Of a stretch of DNA of 64,000 nucleotides, positions 1 through 12,157 are shown one piece after another. The notes under the pieces were generated by a model. It did not search any database and had not been told where the DNA came from. It saw only the letters and a program-made list of their open reading frames with translations. Position 1 is the stretch's first letter, and every line of letters begins with the position of its first letter. Made by a program: the position numbers and the translations under genes. The stretch is from Lytechinus pictus. Taxonomy: Eukaryota. Location of the stretch: assembly GCF_037042905.1 (NCBI RefSeq), contig NC_087250.1:19966001-20030000 (forward strand), given 5' to 3'.

Positions 1-1535
1 ACAGACATATGGATAGATAGAGAGAGAGGGACGTATTCAAACAGAAAGATATATATTAGACAGAGAGATAGATATGTCATGTAGGTAGATAGACAGACAG
101 ATAAATAGATATGATATAAAAAAGTAATTATAATCTGTTTTATTTTGCAATATTTTAGCTATTATTTGTTAGAATTCTTATAATTGATCGTGGGCAAGAT
201 AGCTAAAAAAAAAAAAAAAAAAAAAAAAATCATGTTCACCCGCGGACTCGAACCCCTGCCTGCATGATGGAATGAGAAGTAAGTCTGACGCCTAACCGAT
301 TGAGCTAGAATATTTCCCATAGACTTAACACGTAAGCAAAACACCAGAATCTCAAATCCAATCTTGCAAGTGAATTACGGGCATGATCCCGACATCTGAT
401 CGGAAAATGAAGGAAACGCAACCGAAAGCTTAGAATCTCAGCTACAACATACTAAAAGCTCAGGGATAACTAGCAACAAAAATTGGAGATATGGCTTACG
501 AAATAGAAGAATGTAGAATCTAGTTTTGAGAAAAAGTCATGTCCCATAGAGATTACACGCAAAATGAGTAAAAATGACATGCCATTATTATTTGCAATTT
601 TTGAGGATGATTTGTCTATCAAAATGAAAAATAAAGGCAATAACTCAGAAAGAGTAAGAACTAAGCTACAACATATCAAAAATTGGGTGAAAATTGACCA
701 ATATTCACGGAGTTAGAGCAAGATTTGCGTAATTATAATGACGTCATAATAGGCAAAATGGATTTTTTGAATTCCGACGCCATTTTGATGACGTCATAAT
801 ATACTTGAGGGTCAAATGAGACATGAAATTATATCTCTAGTTCATACTCTATTAAAATATGAAAAAAAAATTGGGGGTCCCCATGCGTTCTGAAGAGCTA
901 CAGCGGATTTTCTATAGGCATGTTTTTGCCCATATATGGCCTATAGTGAGAGCTCGCGCGCACACGTGCTGCAAACTTTAACGGGTGTTAATTTCCTTAT
1001 TAATGGTCGTAGAAGGTTGATCAAGGTATCAAATTGCTCAAAATTATATGATCAATGCAATGAAATAAAAAAAACGGTGTTTCTGAGTTGCATTCAAGGC
1101 GTTACGCGCGGAAACGCGCGCGCATACGTTTGCGCGCGCAATTTTTTGAAATGCTTAAAATGACCTAAAACGTACTCTGTTTTGGTCAAAAAGTGATTTT
1201 TAGCATTTTAAAATTTTGACGCGCGCGTACGCGCGCGTCGTGACCTTCAGGTGACCTTTGATGACATGACCTGATGACCCTTGATCTGAAGTTTATGTCA
1301 TGTGAATTTGATTGATTTTTGATAATTGATAATGGAGATATGATTGATAATGTGATTTTACAAAATGGCGTCTAGATGACGTCATGATGACGTCATGACA
1401 TTAAGATTCTTGCAGAATTGAGGTCTTATTGATGTTGATATGTGGTGATATTTTGATGATTATTGAATATGAACTTTCTGAGATTTGCTGTCCACAAGAA
1501 ATGGAGGAAATAAAAATAAGAAATAAAAATAATAA
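1..1535 (-). mobile_element. Helentron/DINE-1-like non-autonomous element, tandem copy 1 (cut by window start)
   Basis: 1-1530 matches 2599-4126 almost exactly (offset 2596-2598; only a handful of substitutions seen) and joins copy 2 directly at 1536. Confidence 0.7.
230..315 (-). pseudogene. tRNA-derived Pol III-like cassette (A box, B box, downstream T-run) inside the Helentron-like unit; second copy at 2826-2911
   Basis: Minus strand reads tagctcaatcggttaggcgtcagac...ggttcgagtcc, followed by a long T-run (A-run 205-229 on +). Acceptor and anticodon arms do not fold canonically. Confidence 0.55.
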
Positions 1536-1579
1536 ACTAGATTTTAATTCGTCATGCGGACGAATTAGGTGGTCTGTCG

Positions 1580-2252
1580 TATAGATAGATAAACAGGAAA
1601 AAAATATTTAAACAGATATTAGATTGAAAAATAGATAGACAAACAGATTTACATAATCAAACAGATACATACAAGAAAGATAATTATATTAGATGGATGG
1701 AGTGATGGATGGAGAGATAAATTATAGGTGGTTATATTAATAAAACATAGACATATATAGATAGATATAGAGAGACAGACATATAGATAGATAGAGAGAC
1801 AGACTTATAGATAGAGAGATAGATTGATAGATATATAGATATATAGATAGATAGAGAGATGATTGGTGGTTATATTAATAAAACATATATAAACATATAG
1901 ATAGAAAGAGAGACAGACAGATAGATAGATAGACAGACATATATATAGATAGAGAGACAGACATATCATGAAGCTATTACGAGCTATCTCGTAATAGCTT
2001 CATGCTGCGTGGTCCTATCGCGTTATGTAAGCGGGCTCTAACTTTCGCCTGGCGGCTCGCCAATTGATGTTAGATATCGTTCCTTCGCCCGAAGGAAGCG
2101 ATAACAAAGGATTAAGAGAGAAATTGGAAGATGGTTCTCCTTCTCGTGATAGCTTCATGGATAGATAGACAGACATATAGATAGACAAACATATAGATAG
2201 ACAGAGAGACAGAAATATAGATAGATAGAGAGACAGACATATAGATAGATAT

Positions 2253-2285
<33 letters not shown>

Positions 2286-2382
2286 CATATAGATAGATAC
2301 AGAGACAGACATATAGATTGATAGAGATCGAGACAGAGATAGATAGAGAGACAGACATATAGATGAATAGAGAGACAGACAT

Positions 2383-2423
<41 letters not shown>

Positions 2424-2715
2424 GAGACAGACAGACAGATAGATAGATAGATATATAGATAGATAGATAGATAGAGACAGGCAGATGGATGGATAGATAG
2501 ATAGACATATCTAAACAGATAGATACATATATATTAGACAGAGAGAGAGAGAGAGAGATAAACAGACAGATAGATATACAATGTAGGTAGATAGACAGAC
2601 AGACATATGGATAGATAGAGAGAGAGGGACGTATTCAAACAGAAAGATATATATTAGACAGAGAGATAGATATGTCATGTAGGTAGATAGACAGACAGAT
2701 AAATAGATATGATAT
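1580..2715. repeat. Compound (GATA)n/(GACA)n/(GA)n microsatellite
   Basis: Read directly from the sequence. Confidence 0.9.
1967..2159. mobile_element. Small TIR element (MITE) inserted in the microsatellite
   Basis: Ends catgaagctattacgag ... ctcgtgatagcttcatg (17-bp TIR, 1 mismatch). No clear TSD. Confidence 0.55.
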
Positions 2716-4315
2716 AAAAAAGTAATTATAATCTGTTTTATTTTGCAATATTTTAGCTATTATTTGTTAGAATTCTTATAATTGATCGTGGGCAAGATAG
2801 CTATAAAAAAAAAAAAAAAAAAAAATCATGTTCACCCGCGGACTCGAACCCCTGCCTGCATGATGGAATGAGAAGTAAGTCTGACGCCTAACCGATTGAG
2901 CTAGAATATTTCCCATAGACTTAACACGTAAGCAAAACACCAGAATCTCAAATCCAATCTTGCAAGTGAATTACGGGCATGATCCCGACATCTGATCGGA
3001 AAATGAAGGAAACGCAACCGAAAGCTTAGAATCTCAGCTACAACATACTAAAAGCTCAGGGATAACTAGCAACAAAAATTGGAGATATGGCTTACGAAAT
3101 AGAAGAATGTAGAATCTAGTTTTGAGAAAAAGTCATGTCCCATAGAGATTACACGCAAAATGAGTAAAAATGACATGCCATTATTATTTGCAATTTTTGA
3201 GGATGATTTGTCTATCAAAATGAAAAATAAAGGCAATAACTCAGAAAGAGTAAGAACTAAGCTACAACATATCAAAAATTGGGTGAAAATTGACCAATAT
3301 TCACGGAGTTAGAGCAAGATTTGCATAATTATAATGACGTCATAATAGGCAAAATGGATTTTTTGAATTCCGACGCCATTTTGATGACGTCATAATATAA
3401 TTGAGGGTCAAATGAGACATAAAATTATATCTCTAGTTCATACTCTATCAAAATATGAAAAAAAAATTGGGGGTCCCCATGCGTTCTGAAGAGCTACAGC
3501 GGATTTTCTATAGGCATGTTTTTGCCCATATATGGCCTATAGTGAGAGCTCGCGCGCACACGTGCTGCAAACTTTAACGGGTGTTAATTTCCTTATTAAT
3601 GGTCGTAAAAGGTTGATCAAGGTATCAAATTGCTCAAAATTATATGATCAATGCAATGAAATAAAAAAAACGGTGTTTCTGAGTTGCATTCAAGGCGTTA
3701 CGCGCGGAAACGCGCGCGCATACGTTTGCGCGCGCAATTTTTTGAAATGCTTAAAATGACCTAAAACGTACTCTGTTTTGGTCAAAAAGTGATTTTAAGC
3801 ATTTTAAAATTTTGACGCGCGCGTACGCGCGCGTCGTGACCTTCAGGTGACCTTTGATGACATGACCTGATGACCCTTGATCTGAAGTTTATGTCATGTG
3901 AATTTGATTTATTTTTGATAATTGATAATGGAGATATGATTGATAATGTGATTTTACAAAATGGCGTCTAGATGACGTCATGATGACGTCATGACATTAA
4001 GATTCTTGCAGAATTGAGGTCTTATTGATGTTGATATGTGGTGATATTTTGATGATTATTGAATATGAACTTTCTGAGATTTGCTGTCCACAAGAAATGG
4101 AGGAAATAAAAATAAGAAATAAAAAATAAAGAAAGAAAATTCGGACAAACATGAGAGGTGATCTGTCATAGACAGACCACCTAATAAAGAAAGAAAATTC
4201 GGACAAACATAAAAGGTGATCTGTCATAGACAGACCACCTAATAAATAATAAATAATAAAGAAAGAAAATTCGGACAAACATAAAAGGTGATCTGTCATA
4301 GACAGACCACCTAAT

Positions 4316-4856
4316 TAAACAGAATGGCGAAAGTTTGAAAGAAATCGGACAAGGGATAAGAAAGTTAAAGCTGCTTTTAAATTGAGATCACTAATAGTAT
4401 GTAGATTTCAAATTGGCAACTGGGTAAGTAAATTATGACAAGGGGCAAGGACAACTTTCCCATAGGCTATGTACTTTATTATCAGGGATTTGTGGTTTTC
4501 TCCTAAGTACCCATTCCCCTGGGGCAGTAATCTAAATATAATCCAGGCATATTGTTTTATGTCCTCATGATGAAAGAAAAATATAATTTGAAATAAAACT
4601 TTTTGGGAAAATGACATTTTAGCCACAATATGTATTGGAGTACATGGAAGAGTAGTCCTTGCCTTACATCACTATGACATCCCATATGCGGCCAATTTGA
4701 AGTCTCCATGGGTATAGTGATTACCAATATTTACAACTTTTAAAAAATCATAAGTTTCTTGTTGTTTGTCCAATATTGTTCAAACTTTCACCTATCAACT
4801 TGTCTGATTTTTCTTTTTCTTATAAAAACAAGTTTTTATTTGGGTTGGATTCCCCT
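4316..4856 (-). mobile_element. Kolobok-like TTAA element, interrupted by the Helentron tandem
   Basis: Ends ggattcccct+TTAA (4857-4860); reverse-complement match to 56089-57274. Confidence 0.7.
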
Positions 4857-5014
4857 TTAATTATTATTTGAAACAAAATGAAGTGTGCATCACATTGATT
4901 CTTTAAGTATACAAACCGTGAGTGTGACCCATCAGCAGCTCTTGATCTCAAAGTCAAAAGACTCAAGTTATTGTAACAGTAAATTTTGCTGGGTTTATTT
5001 ATTTAATCTGTATG

Positions 5015-5510
5015 GTAGGGGGTCCTAAAGCTACGCACCACTCATCGTGCATGCAGTTTTTATGGCAAATGCGCACTCTGTGTGTGGAACTGTGACTGCA
5101 GAGTGACGAACGATTCCTATTCAATTTCTTCAACAGAGGCTGCAGTAAATCTCTAAATGCAGAGAAAACCAACAACTGTTTGGAATTTTGGAGTTATATT
5201 CACTTTAATTTCATTTTATCCTATAATAATTTGAATATATTTTAGAAATTGAGGCACAGGAAATACTATTTTTTTGCATGATAAATCGAGTGCGTAGCTT
5301 TAGGACCCCTTCTACATCGGGCGGCGAAATCAAGAGGTGTCCGGAAAACACGGCGGGATTTTCGTATTTGTGAGTTTTGCGATATTTTCTTCTTGGTTAA
5401 CGATCTTTAGAATGTTTGCCACAAATTAGTGAAAGATAATTTGTTGAAATATCAAAATTGGGATAGTTTTAATTGTTTGAAAACAAAGTGCGTAGCTTTA
5501 GGTCCCCCCA
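5015..5510. mobile_element. TIR-element remnant with repeated ggtcctaaagctacgcac motif
   Basis: Motif at about 5021-5038, inverted copies at about 5290-5309 and 5488-5509. Confidence 0.45.
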
Positions 5511-6105
5511 TCATACTCTTACATTTGGCTTTCCATACTCATTCCAACTCATCTTAAGTTCTAATTTATTCTGTGTTCACCCTATCTTCAGTTAAAAAAT
5601 TTTAGTTTAAGGAGAGCTTTGGAGATTGAATTTACAGGAGAGCATAGGAGACTGAAGTGCAAGAGTTTATGATTTTGGAGTGTACAAACGGTCATGTTAC
5701 ATTTTTTTCTCATGACATTTTTTTGCTTTGGAAAAAAAAAAGAGAGAAAGAGAAAAATTGGTGTCATCAGTGACTCAGCATGCTCATGCTCAGCATCCGG
5801 ATCCAGCCATCTGCCAGTTGTAGTGTGCACATTTGATTTTCATTCTGACTGAAGTCAGAAGACTCAAGTTTTTACCTTTGCTTTGCTTTGTTCTTTATAG
5901 CTGGTATGAAAGAGAATAGTAAAGTGAAAAAGATTTTAATTATGTAAAGTTTGCCTAGTTTGTTGTGAATTGTGATCAGTCATGCGTGCACGTGAATGAT
6001 TATGAATTAATAGAAGATATCAATTAGTCTTATTCTAATAAGTAGATCATTAAAATAAATTTCTCTGCACGCAGTTCAGTCAGTTAATCTTAACATAAAG
6101 ATCTG

Positions 6106-6254
6106 GGGCCCGTTGCAGAGAAAGTTGCAATCAATCGCAACTCTAAAAATCATGCGTAACTTTATTTTCTACCAATCAACAGCGCGCATTTCGGACTTCA
6201 CTTGCAATTGATTTTTTGATTTGCGTTTAACGCAACTCTTTCTGCAACGGACCC
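6106..6254. mobile_element. PIF/Harbinger-like MITE
   Basis: TIR gggcccgttgcaga / tctgcaacggaccc, 3-bp TSD ctg. Confidence 0.6.
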
Positions 6255-6902
6255 CTGGTGTAAATGTGTGTCCGAGGGTGTATTATTGATGTTTAATGAT
6301 TGAGGAGTGTATTTCATCATGTTTATAGTATGACCTTCGTTGCACTATTTTGCTGACATTGTTCCTGTAAATTTATATGTTAAATGCTTAAAAAACGTTT
6401 TGGCTCCTTTTGTTTGATGATTGATGTGTTATTCAGTTCAATTCAATTCATTTATTTAATACTTGAAAAAAACAAAGACATAATAACAGACAATTATAAT
6501 ACAAATAATTATGACATTAATAGTAAGCAAAACAATACCAAAAAAAAAAAACAAGAATGAAAAATTACTTTACTCGGATAGAAATGAAAGTCTAAGGGGT
6601 GCCAGAAAGGTTGAGCCGTATATAAAAGCCAAGCTCCCTCCAAACATGATTATAAACCAAATTATGTATTACCGATAAAATTTAAAAGGTACATTTTATG
6701 TTATTGTATGGTTGAATAAATTAAAATTTGAATAAGAAATTGAATGTCAGCTATCATTTTTTAATTTTTTGATGAGGTGATATTCTCTCATTTTTTTTTC
6801 AATCCAACTTTGATAACTTCTGTTGGCAGTGGAGCTAGAGGGTATATTCATTTTGACAGACTGAAATGAAATGCAAATTCTTCTTTTGTATTTCCTCCAC
6901 AG

Positions 6903-7248
6903 GTTGACTCAGAGTACGTTAGGCCTACATGATCACAAGAGCCTTTGGGTTATCCTCTGTGCAGCTCTGCATACACCTTGACCAGGTTCTGTACATTTAT
7001 CAACCAAGTTGTACGACAATGTAAAGCCAGACTACATGTACACAGACTCGTGAGCGTTTGGGGTTGCAACTTCAACCATTGAAACTTACAGTACCGTACC
7101 TGTTTTAAACATTGTCAGCAACTTTTCCGATAATGTGATTCTGGCTCTGCACCCATAGAAACAGTGTAGCCAGGTTTGGAGTATCGGTAACAAGATAACG
7201 CACAGAGACATTTATTGTGAAGCATTAGGCGCAATCAGGACATCCACC
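6903..7248 (+). other. LIX1L: Probable 5' UTR part of the LIX1L start exon, containing upstream ORFs
   Basis: Strong acceptor ttcttttgtatttcctccacAG ending at 6902; implies an upstream non-coding exon that I could not locate. Confidence 0.55.
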
Positions 7249-7462
7249 ATGGCGTACAGACAACCCCCACCGCCCCTCCATGACGAGCAGATACAGGCCG
7301 CGATGAGCATGGCCGCCACCGTGAAGGGGCGTCTCCCGCCCCATGGCGTGTCCCCCAGAGAAGGTGGTCACATGACGGATCAGAGGGCCAAAGCAGTGCT
7401 GAAGGAAGCAGTGGATGCCGTTGTCAACAGTTTCGCAAAACACACCCAAGGATACGGACGAG
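7249..7462 (+). CDS. LIX1L: LIX1-like protein, coding exon 1 of 4 (join 7249-7462,11979-12142,13316-13456,18027-18428; 921 nt, 306 aa)
   Basis: Kozak ccaccATGg; encodes ...AVLKEAVDAVVNSFAKHTQGYGR, typical of the LIX1L/lowfat N-terminus; donor G|gtaagt, phase 1. Confidence 0.92.
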
Positions 7463-7607
7463 GTAAGTTATCTTCAATTTTAGAAAGATTTCTAAGCTAG
7501 TTTGGGGGTAATTTGGCTTTTATGGCAGTGTCATACAGTGTATCGCACTGAACGACAGGTACATGTACATGTACGTGTAGGGGCAAGTCCAAGAACTTGC
7601 ACTTGAT

Positions 7608-7919
7608 GGCCCGTATTCTGAAGTTGGGTTTAACTTAAACTCAGGTTTAAAGTTGTGGTTTAAGTATGGGAAGCCACAAGTGTCACAATTTTTAAAAAGT
7701 TGTAATGTTTCTTATGTTTACTGTGCTTTTTCCCTATTCATCGATGGTGAAGACAATCATCTATTTATACTATCTAGACAATTATGAATGATTTGAGAGC
7801 CAAATGAGCTGAAATAGGATATCTCTATTGTTATTGATTCATGTAACGATTGGCTATCCATACTTAAACCACAACTTTAAACCTGAGTTTAAGTTAAACC
7901 AGACTTCAGAATACGGGCC
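7608..7919. mobile_element. PIF/Harbinger-like MITE in LIX1L intron
   Basis: About 60-bp TIR ggcccgtattctgaagt...acttcagaatacgggcc; 3-bp TSD gat. Confidence 0.8.
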
Positions 7920-10750
7920 GATATGTACATGGGACATTTCAGAGGCTGCAATGACCTGAGAAGTTGTGTTAAAGGACTTCATAATGGTTGACATCTAGAA
8001 GAAGAATAATCTTTTTTAAAAAAATTGTGACATATGACCTTGACCTTTTAATTTAGAGAGAAAACATGGCGTTACCTACATGTACGTATGGGACGCAGAA
8101 AAAAGACAATTTGTTAAACATTTTTTCAAGTTGGGAATTCTGAAAGTATTTCAGTTGACAACTCGTTCAGTGTGATAAAAGTCATGTGCAATGCTCTGGT
8201 ATAAATCAAAGGCAAGTTTCATGTCATAAGGCAAAACCCTAGCTTACCCTCAAAATGGGACATTTTGTCGCCATGGAGAATGTACACAATTTTCCTGATG
8301 ATTTTAAAAATTCAAACAATTTCAAATACAGTAGAAGCTGTTATTTGTGGATTTCTATGAGTTTTTAGAGTTGTCTCAATCCCATTCACAACGGCGTTGA
8401 ACAGCCATGGGCATTATGAATCAGACAACTATAAAAACTCATAGAAAATCAGAACAAAATTTGTTAGAGTTACATGTAGGTAGGTGGGACATGGACCCCC
8501 AAAAAACTTTTTTGGGGAAAAAGTGGTGTCATCTATTAAATTTAACATGCAAATTATCGGCAGTTATTGTTAAATGGTGGAATGTTATTTTACCAATTAT
8601 GCAAATAAGGAGGCCAAAATTAGCATATATTTTCAATTGTTTGATAATGACATTTTAAAATTCAACATTTGAGCTTTCTTATTATCCCACCAAAAATAAC
8701 TTCTTATTATTTATAAACAAAGATGAAATTTTGTCTTCTAGGGTGACCTTTTCTTCGACTTGCCTGTACACAGAAAGTAGGCCTGCTTTGATCTGTAACT
8801 AACAATATACAAGGCTACATGTATTTTAATAGAAAATATATATATACAAGCCAAAGGAAAAATATGCTGATAAATGACAATGAATGTGCATGTAATGTAG
8901 ATCATATTTGTGCATATTTGGGATGATGCAGAAAAGTGTTATTCTGCCAACATTAAAAAATGCTCCATTCAGCTATCTTCACAAGTTCAAATATGTACTG
9001 TATGAAAAGAAGCCAGAAGAAGGAAAAAAACCTGATAGATTGCAATGAAGAAAATCACTGCATATATTTTGTGATGAGGCAGAAAAGTGCTATTCTGCCT
9101 ACTTGCTCCAGGATGTAGCATATCTGTACCAGTACTGTATGAATAGAGGCCATAGGAAAAAAATACTGATAGATAGTTAAGAAGACAATGCACTGCATAT
9201 TTTTGATGAGGCTCATGATTGATGTGTTCAGGTGGCAAGGTCACGCACTGTCTGAGTAAATAAATACTGGCTTGGGGATACAATGGCATCAGGACATTTG
9301 TAAACGTGCAGAGTTGCCGGAATAATTTACAGATGTGATAATGTACATTGTAGGCATGTATTTGACAGATTTCATATTTTAGGGAGTTCAGTGTATGCCT
9401 ATTAGTATACATGTATGTATTATAGTAGTCTCATGTGCATTTTGTTTCTGGGTTACATTTCTTGTAAACCAATGTTTTGTTTTGTTTTATGATATTGTGT
9501 CCAGTTTGGTTTGGCTTCTTTCAAGAGACGATTTGTGTGTTTTTTTATTCTTGTTGTTTTGTTTTACTTGGTTTACATGTATTTATAAAAAAAAAACATG
9601 ATTTGACCCCTATGTTTATGATGACATCATCTTCTATTCAGTCTGTACACTGGTGATCCATGCCTCCCGGTGGAGACAGACCTGTACAATATTGAAAGTG
9701 AAACCAACTATATAGAAAACTAAGGACCTGTCTTGTATCATTAGCCTTCTGGCTTCCAAATGTAATAGGCCTATGGAAAGGATAAAACATCAGAATTGGA
9801 TGGAATTTATGAAAGAAGCTAGATGTATGTAGCCTGCTGTGTAGACCTACATTGTACAGTGATGTACATGTACTGTATATATTGGCATTTTCCCTCCTTT
9901 GTTCCCTTAAAAAAATAATTGTACCAGTGTACATGTATGTGTGTGGTTTTTTTTTTTTTGGGGGGGGGGGTGTGGGCCTGAAAAAATATATACACATGTA
10001 GGCCCCTGAATAATTCAATCACTCAAAATCTTTAATATGGATACGAATATAATGTGTATGTATTGCGTTTTGATATTGGTATTTCACTGCTCGAAGAGCA
10101 TTTAAAAGAAAAAAAAAGACCGAGAGAGGGTAATGCATTCAGCTTTTGAATAAAAAGGTTCAGAATTTCACAACGAATCAACAGGAAAAAATTGATATTC
10201 AACAGCCAGTGCTTTTTGTTCCTGATAAAGACTCCAAAGGTTCTTTTTTTTAAGAATGGTGGCCACAGGTCTTTCGATAAGTCTGGTATGTCCATGGCTA
10301 CATTTTGCAGTAAGATACATTTTTTGGAAGTGTTTCAATCCGATCTCCCCTGGGGGAAGAGACTTTAATATCCTTGAAGAACTTTAATAATCCTCTGTTG
10401 GTGCAACACAAAAACAAGATCATCTGAAGAGCAGTCTATTGTGTACTCCATGAATAGACTGGGCTACCGCAGATTTGAATAACAATAGCTCCACTGCTGG
10501 GCTGTCTTGCCGTCAATACAGTACCATACATGTACATGTACCATGCAATTACAAGAGAAGCTTCTGCAACTAATAACATCATTTTTTTTTTTGGGGGGGG
10601 GGGAGTAAAGTTGGGAAGAATACATACTTGTACATGTATGCACAGTTTAGTCATGTTGATGAGCACTCTTTATACATTTGGGGAAGGGAACCAAAGAAGA
10701 GAAAAATACTGTACATAGTTGATTTTGTGCATATTTTTAGATAAGTGACT

Positions 10751-10965
10751 GGGCATGGTGGCTCAGTGGTAGAGCCTCATGAACGGGAGGTCTTGGGTTC
10801 GATCCTCGGCCGAGTCATACCAAAAACTTATAAAAATGGGACCTTCTGCCTTCTTGCTTGGCGCTCAGCATTTAGATTGGAGAAGGGTATATGCAGGGCC
10901 CGCTGGTAGAGCAGTTTCATAACTGAAGTGGCTACCCTGGGTAAATAAAACATATTATTATTATA
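10751..10965 (+). mobile_element. tRNA-derived SINE
   Basis: A box tggctcagtgg, B box ggttcgatcc, tail aactgaagtggctaccctgggtaaata+(TAT)n. Same tail at 52757-52840 (minus) and 60530-60599. Confidence 0.8.
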
Positions 10966-11896
10966 AATTTGTGTGTTCATAGAGACCTATATACAAATCC
11001 CCAGTCATGTTTGGAGGAGGGAGGGGAGGGGGCAGGTATAGATGAAACTTTGATTGATACATGTATACAGGGTGTATGTCACATACAGATGTGTACATTG
11101 AAATATTAAATACTGCTACCGGTACTGAAATGATGATAATTTTCCTGTTGAACTTATTTCAGGTAATCAGAACTCTCAGTTGGTGTGAATTCCTGAAATT
11201 ATTGCCTGGCCAATGTACATTGTAACATACATGTAGGTTTGCACTTTGCAGTCAATTGCTAAAATGTTGAAGACCAATATGCACCTGGTTCAAAACACTA
11301 GTTTACTTTGACTAGAGCTACATGTACATGTAGTCCAAAGAAATCAAAATTATTTGCAATACTTCACACAGCTTTAAAGGTAAAAGAAAGTAGTTGCTGC
11401 TATTTTTATCGAGAAAGTCTGTAGAATTAAGGTTTATACCAATCCACCATATTATCATTGATGTACATGTAGATGCTTGAACATTGAAATAAACTTATTT
11501 TTGTGAAATCATGAAATCTTAGCTGAAAACCGATAATTCTGATGATCACTAGACTGACTAGTTCACAAAAAGGCATGTGGGACAGTGTATTGATATTGCT
11601 TCGAAAAATACCTGACATAATATGAAAAGTACGCATTGATCAGCATTGGACATTTCTTAATATACGCGGGAAATAAGCGTAATTTATACATTTAATCTTG
11701 ACAAACCATGGGTTCAAGTCAATGCATCTGTTAGGTCTATGTGTAAGTCTGCACATTACTGCCATACATGTACAGTGTATGGCAGTAATGTGCAGACTTA
11801 GAACAGAGGTACCATCTGAGAAGTTAGTGTGATATGGCCTTTTTTAGATTCAGATTGTTTTTTTATTTTATGTAAATGTACATGTAGCCTAGGTGA

Positions 11897-12157
<261 letters not shown>

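Larger units (their letters stand above)
1536..4315 (-). mobile_element. Helentron/DINE-1-like (HINE) element, copy 2, with GATA/GACA microsatellite core and triplicated terminal hairpin
   Basis: One end is ACTAG plus stem-loop aattcgtc-atgcg-gacgaatt (1546-1566) and subterminal attaggtggtctgtc (1564-1578). Its reverse complement gacagaccacctaat lies in a hairpin at 4156-4185, repeated ending 4243 and 4315. No TSD; it interrupts a TTAA element at a TT site. Confidence 0.7.

Noticed and set aside
470..1163. Duplicated ORFs (also 3066-3759)
   Set aside because: Identical only because of the recent tandem duplication; no recognisable domain.
2112..2508. Minus-strand ORFs rich in S/I/Y/L
   Set aside because: Translations of the GATA microsatellite.
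4126..4315. Three ~59-bp hairpin repeats resembling a CRISPR array
   Set aside because: No unique spacers, no cas genes, eukaryotic context; they are reiterated element termini.
10751..10815. Apparent tRNA genes here and at 20032-20097 and 59058-59128
   Set aside because: Cloverleafs are broken or continue into SINE bodies and tails, so they are SINE heads rather than tRNA genes.
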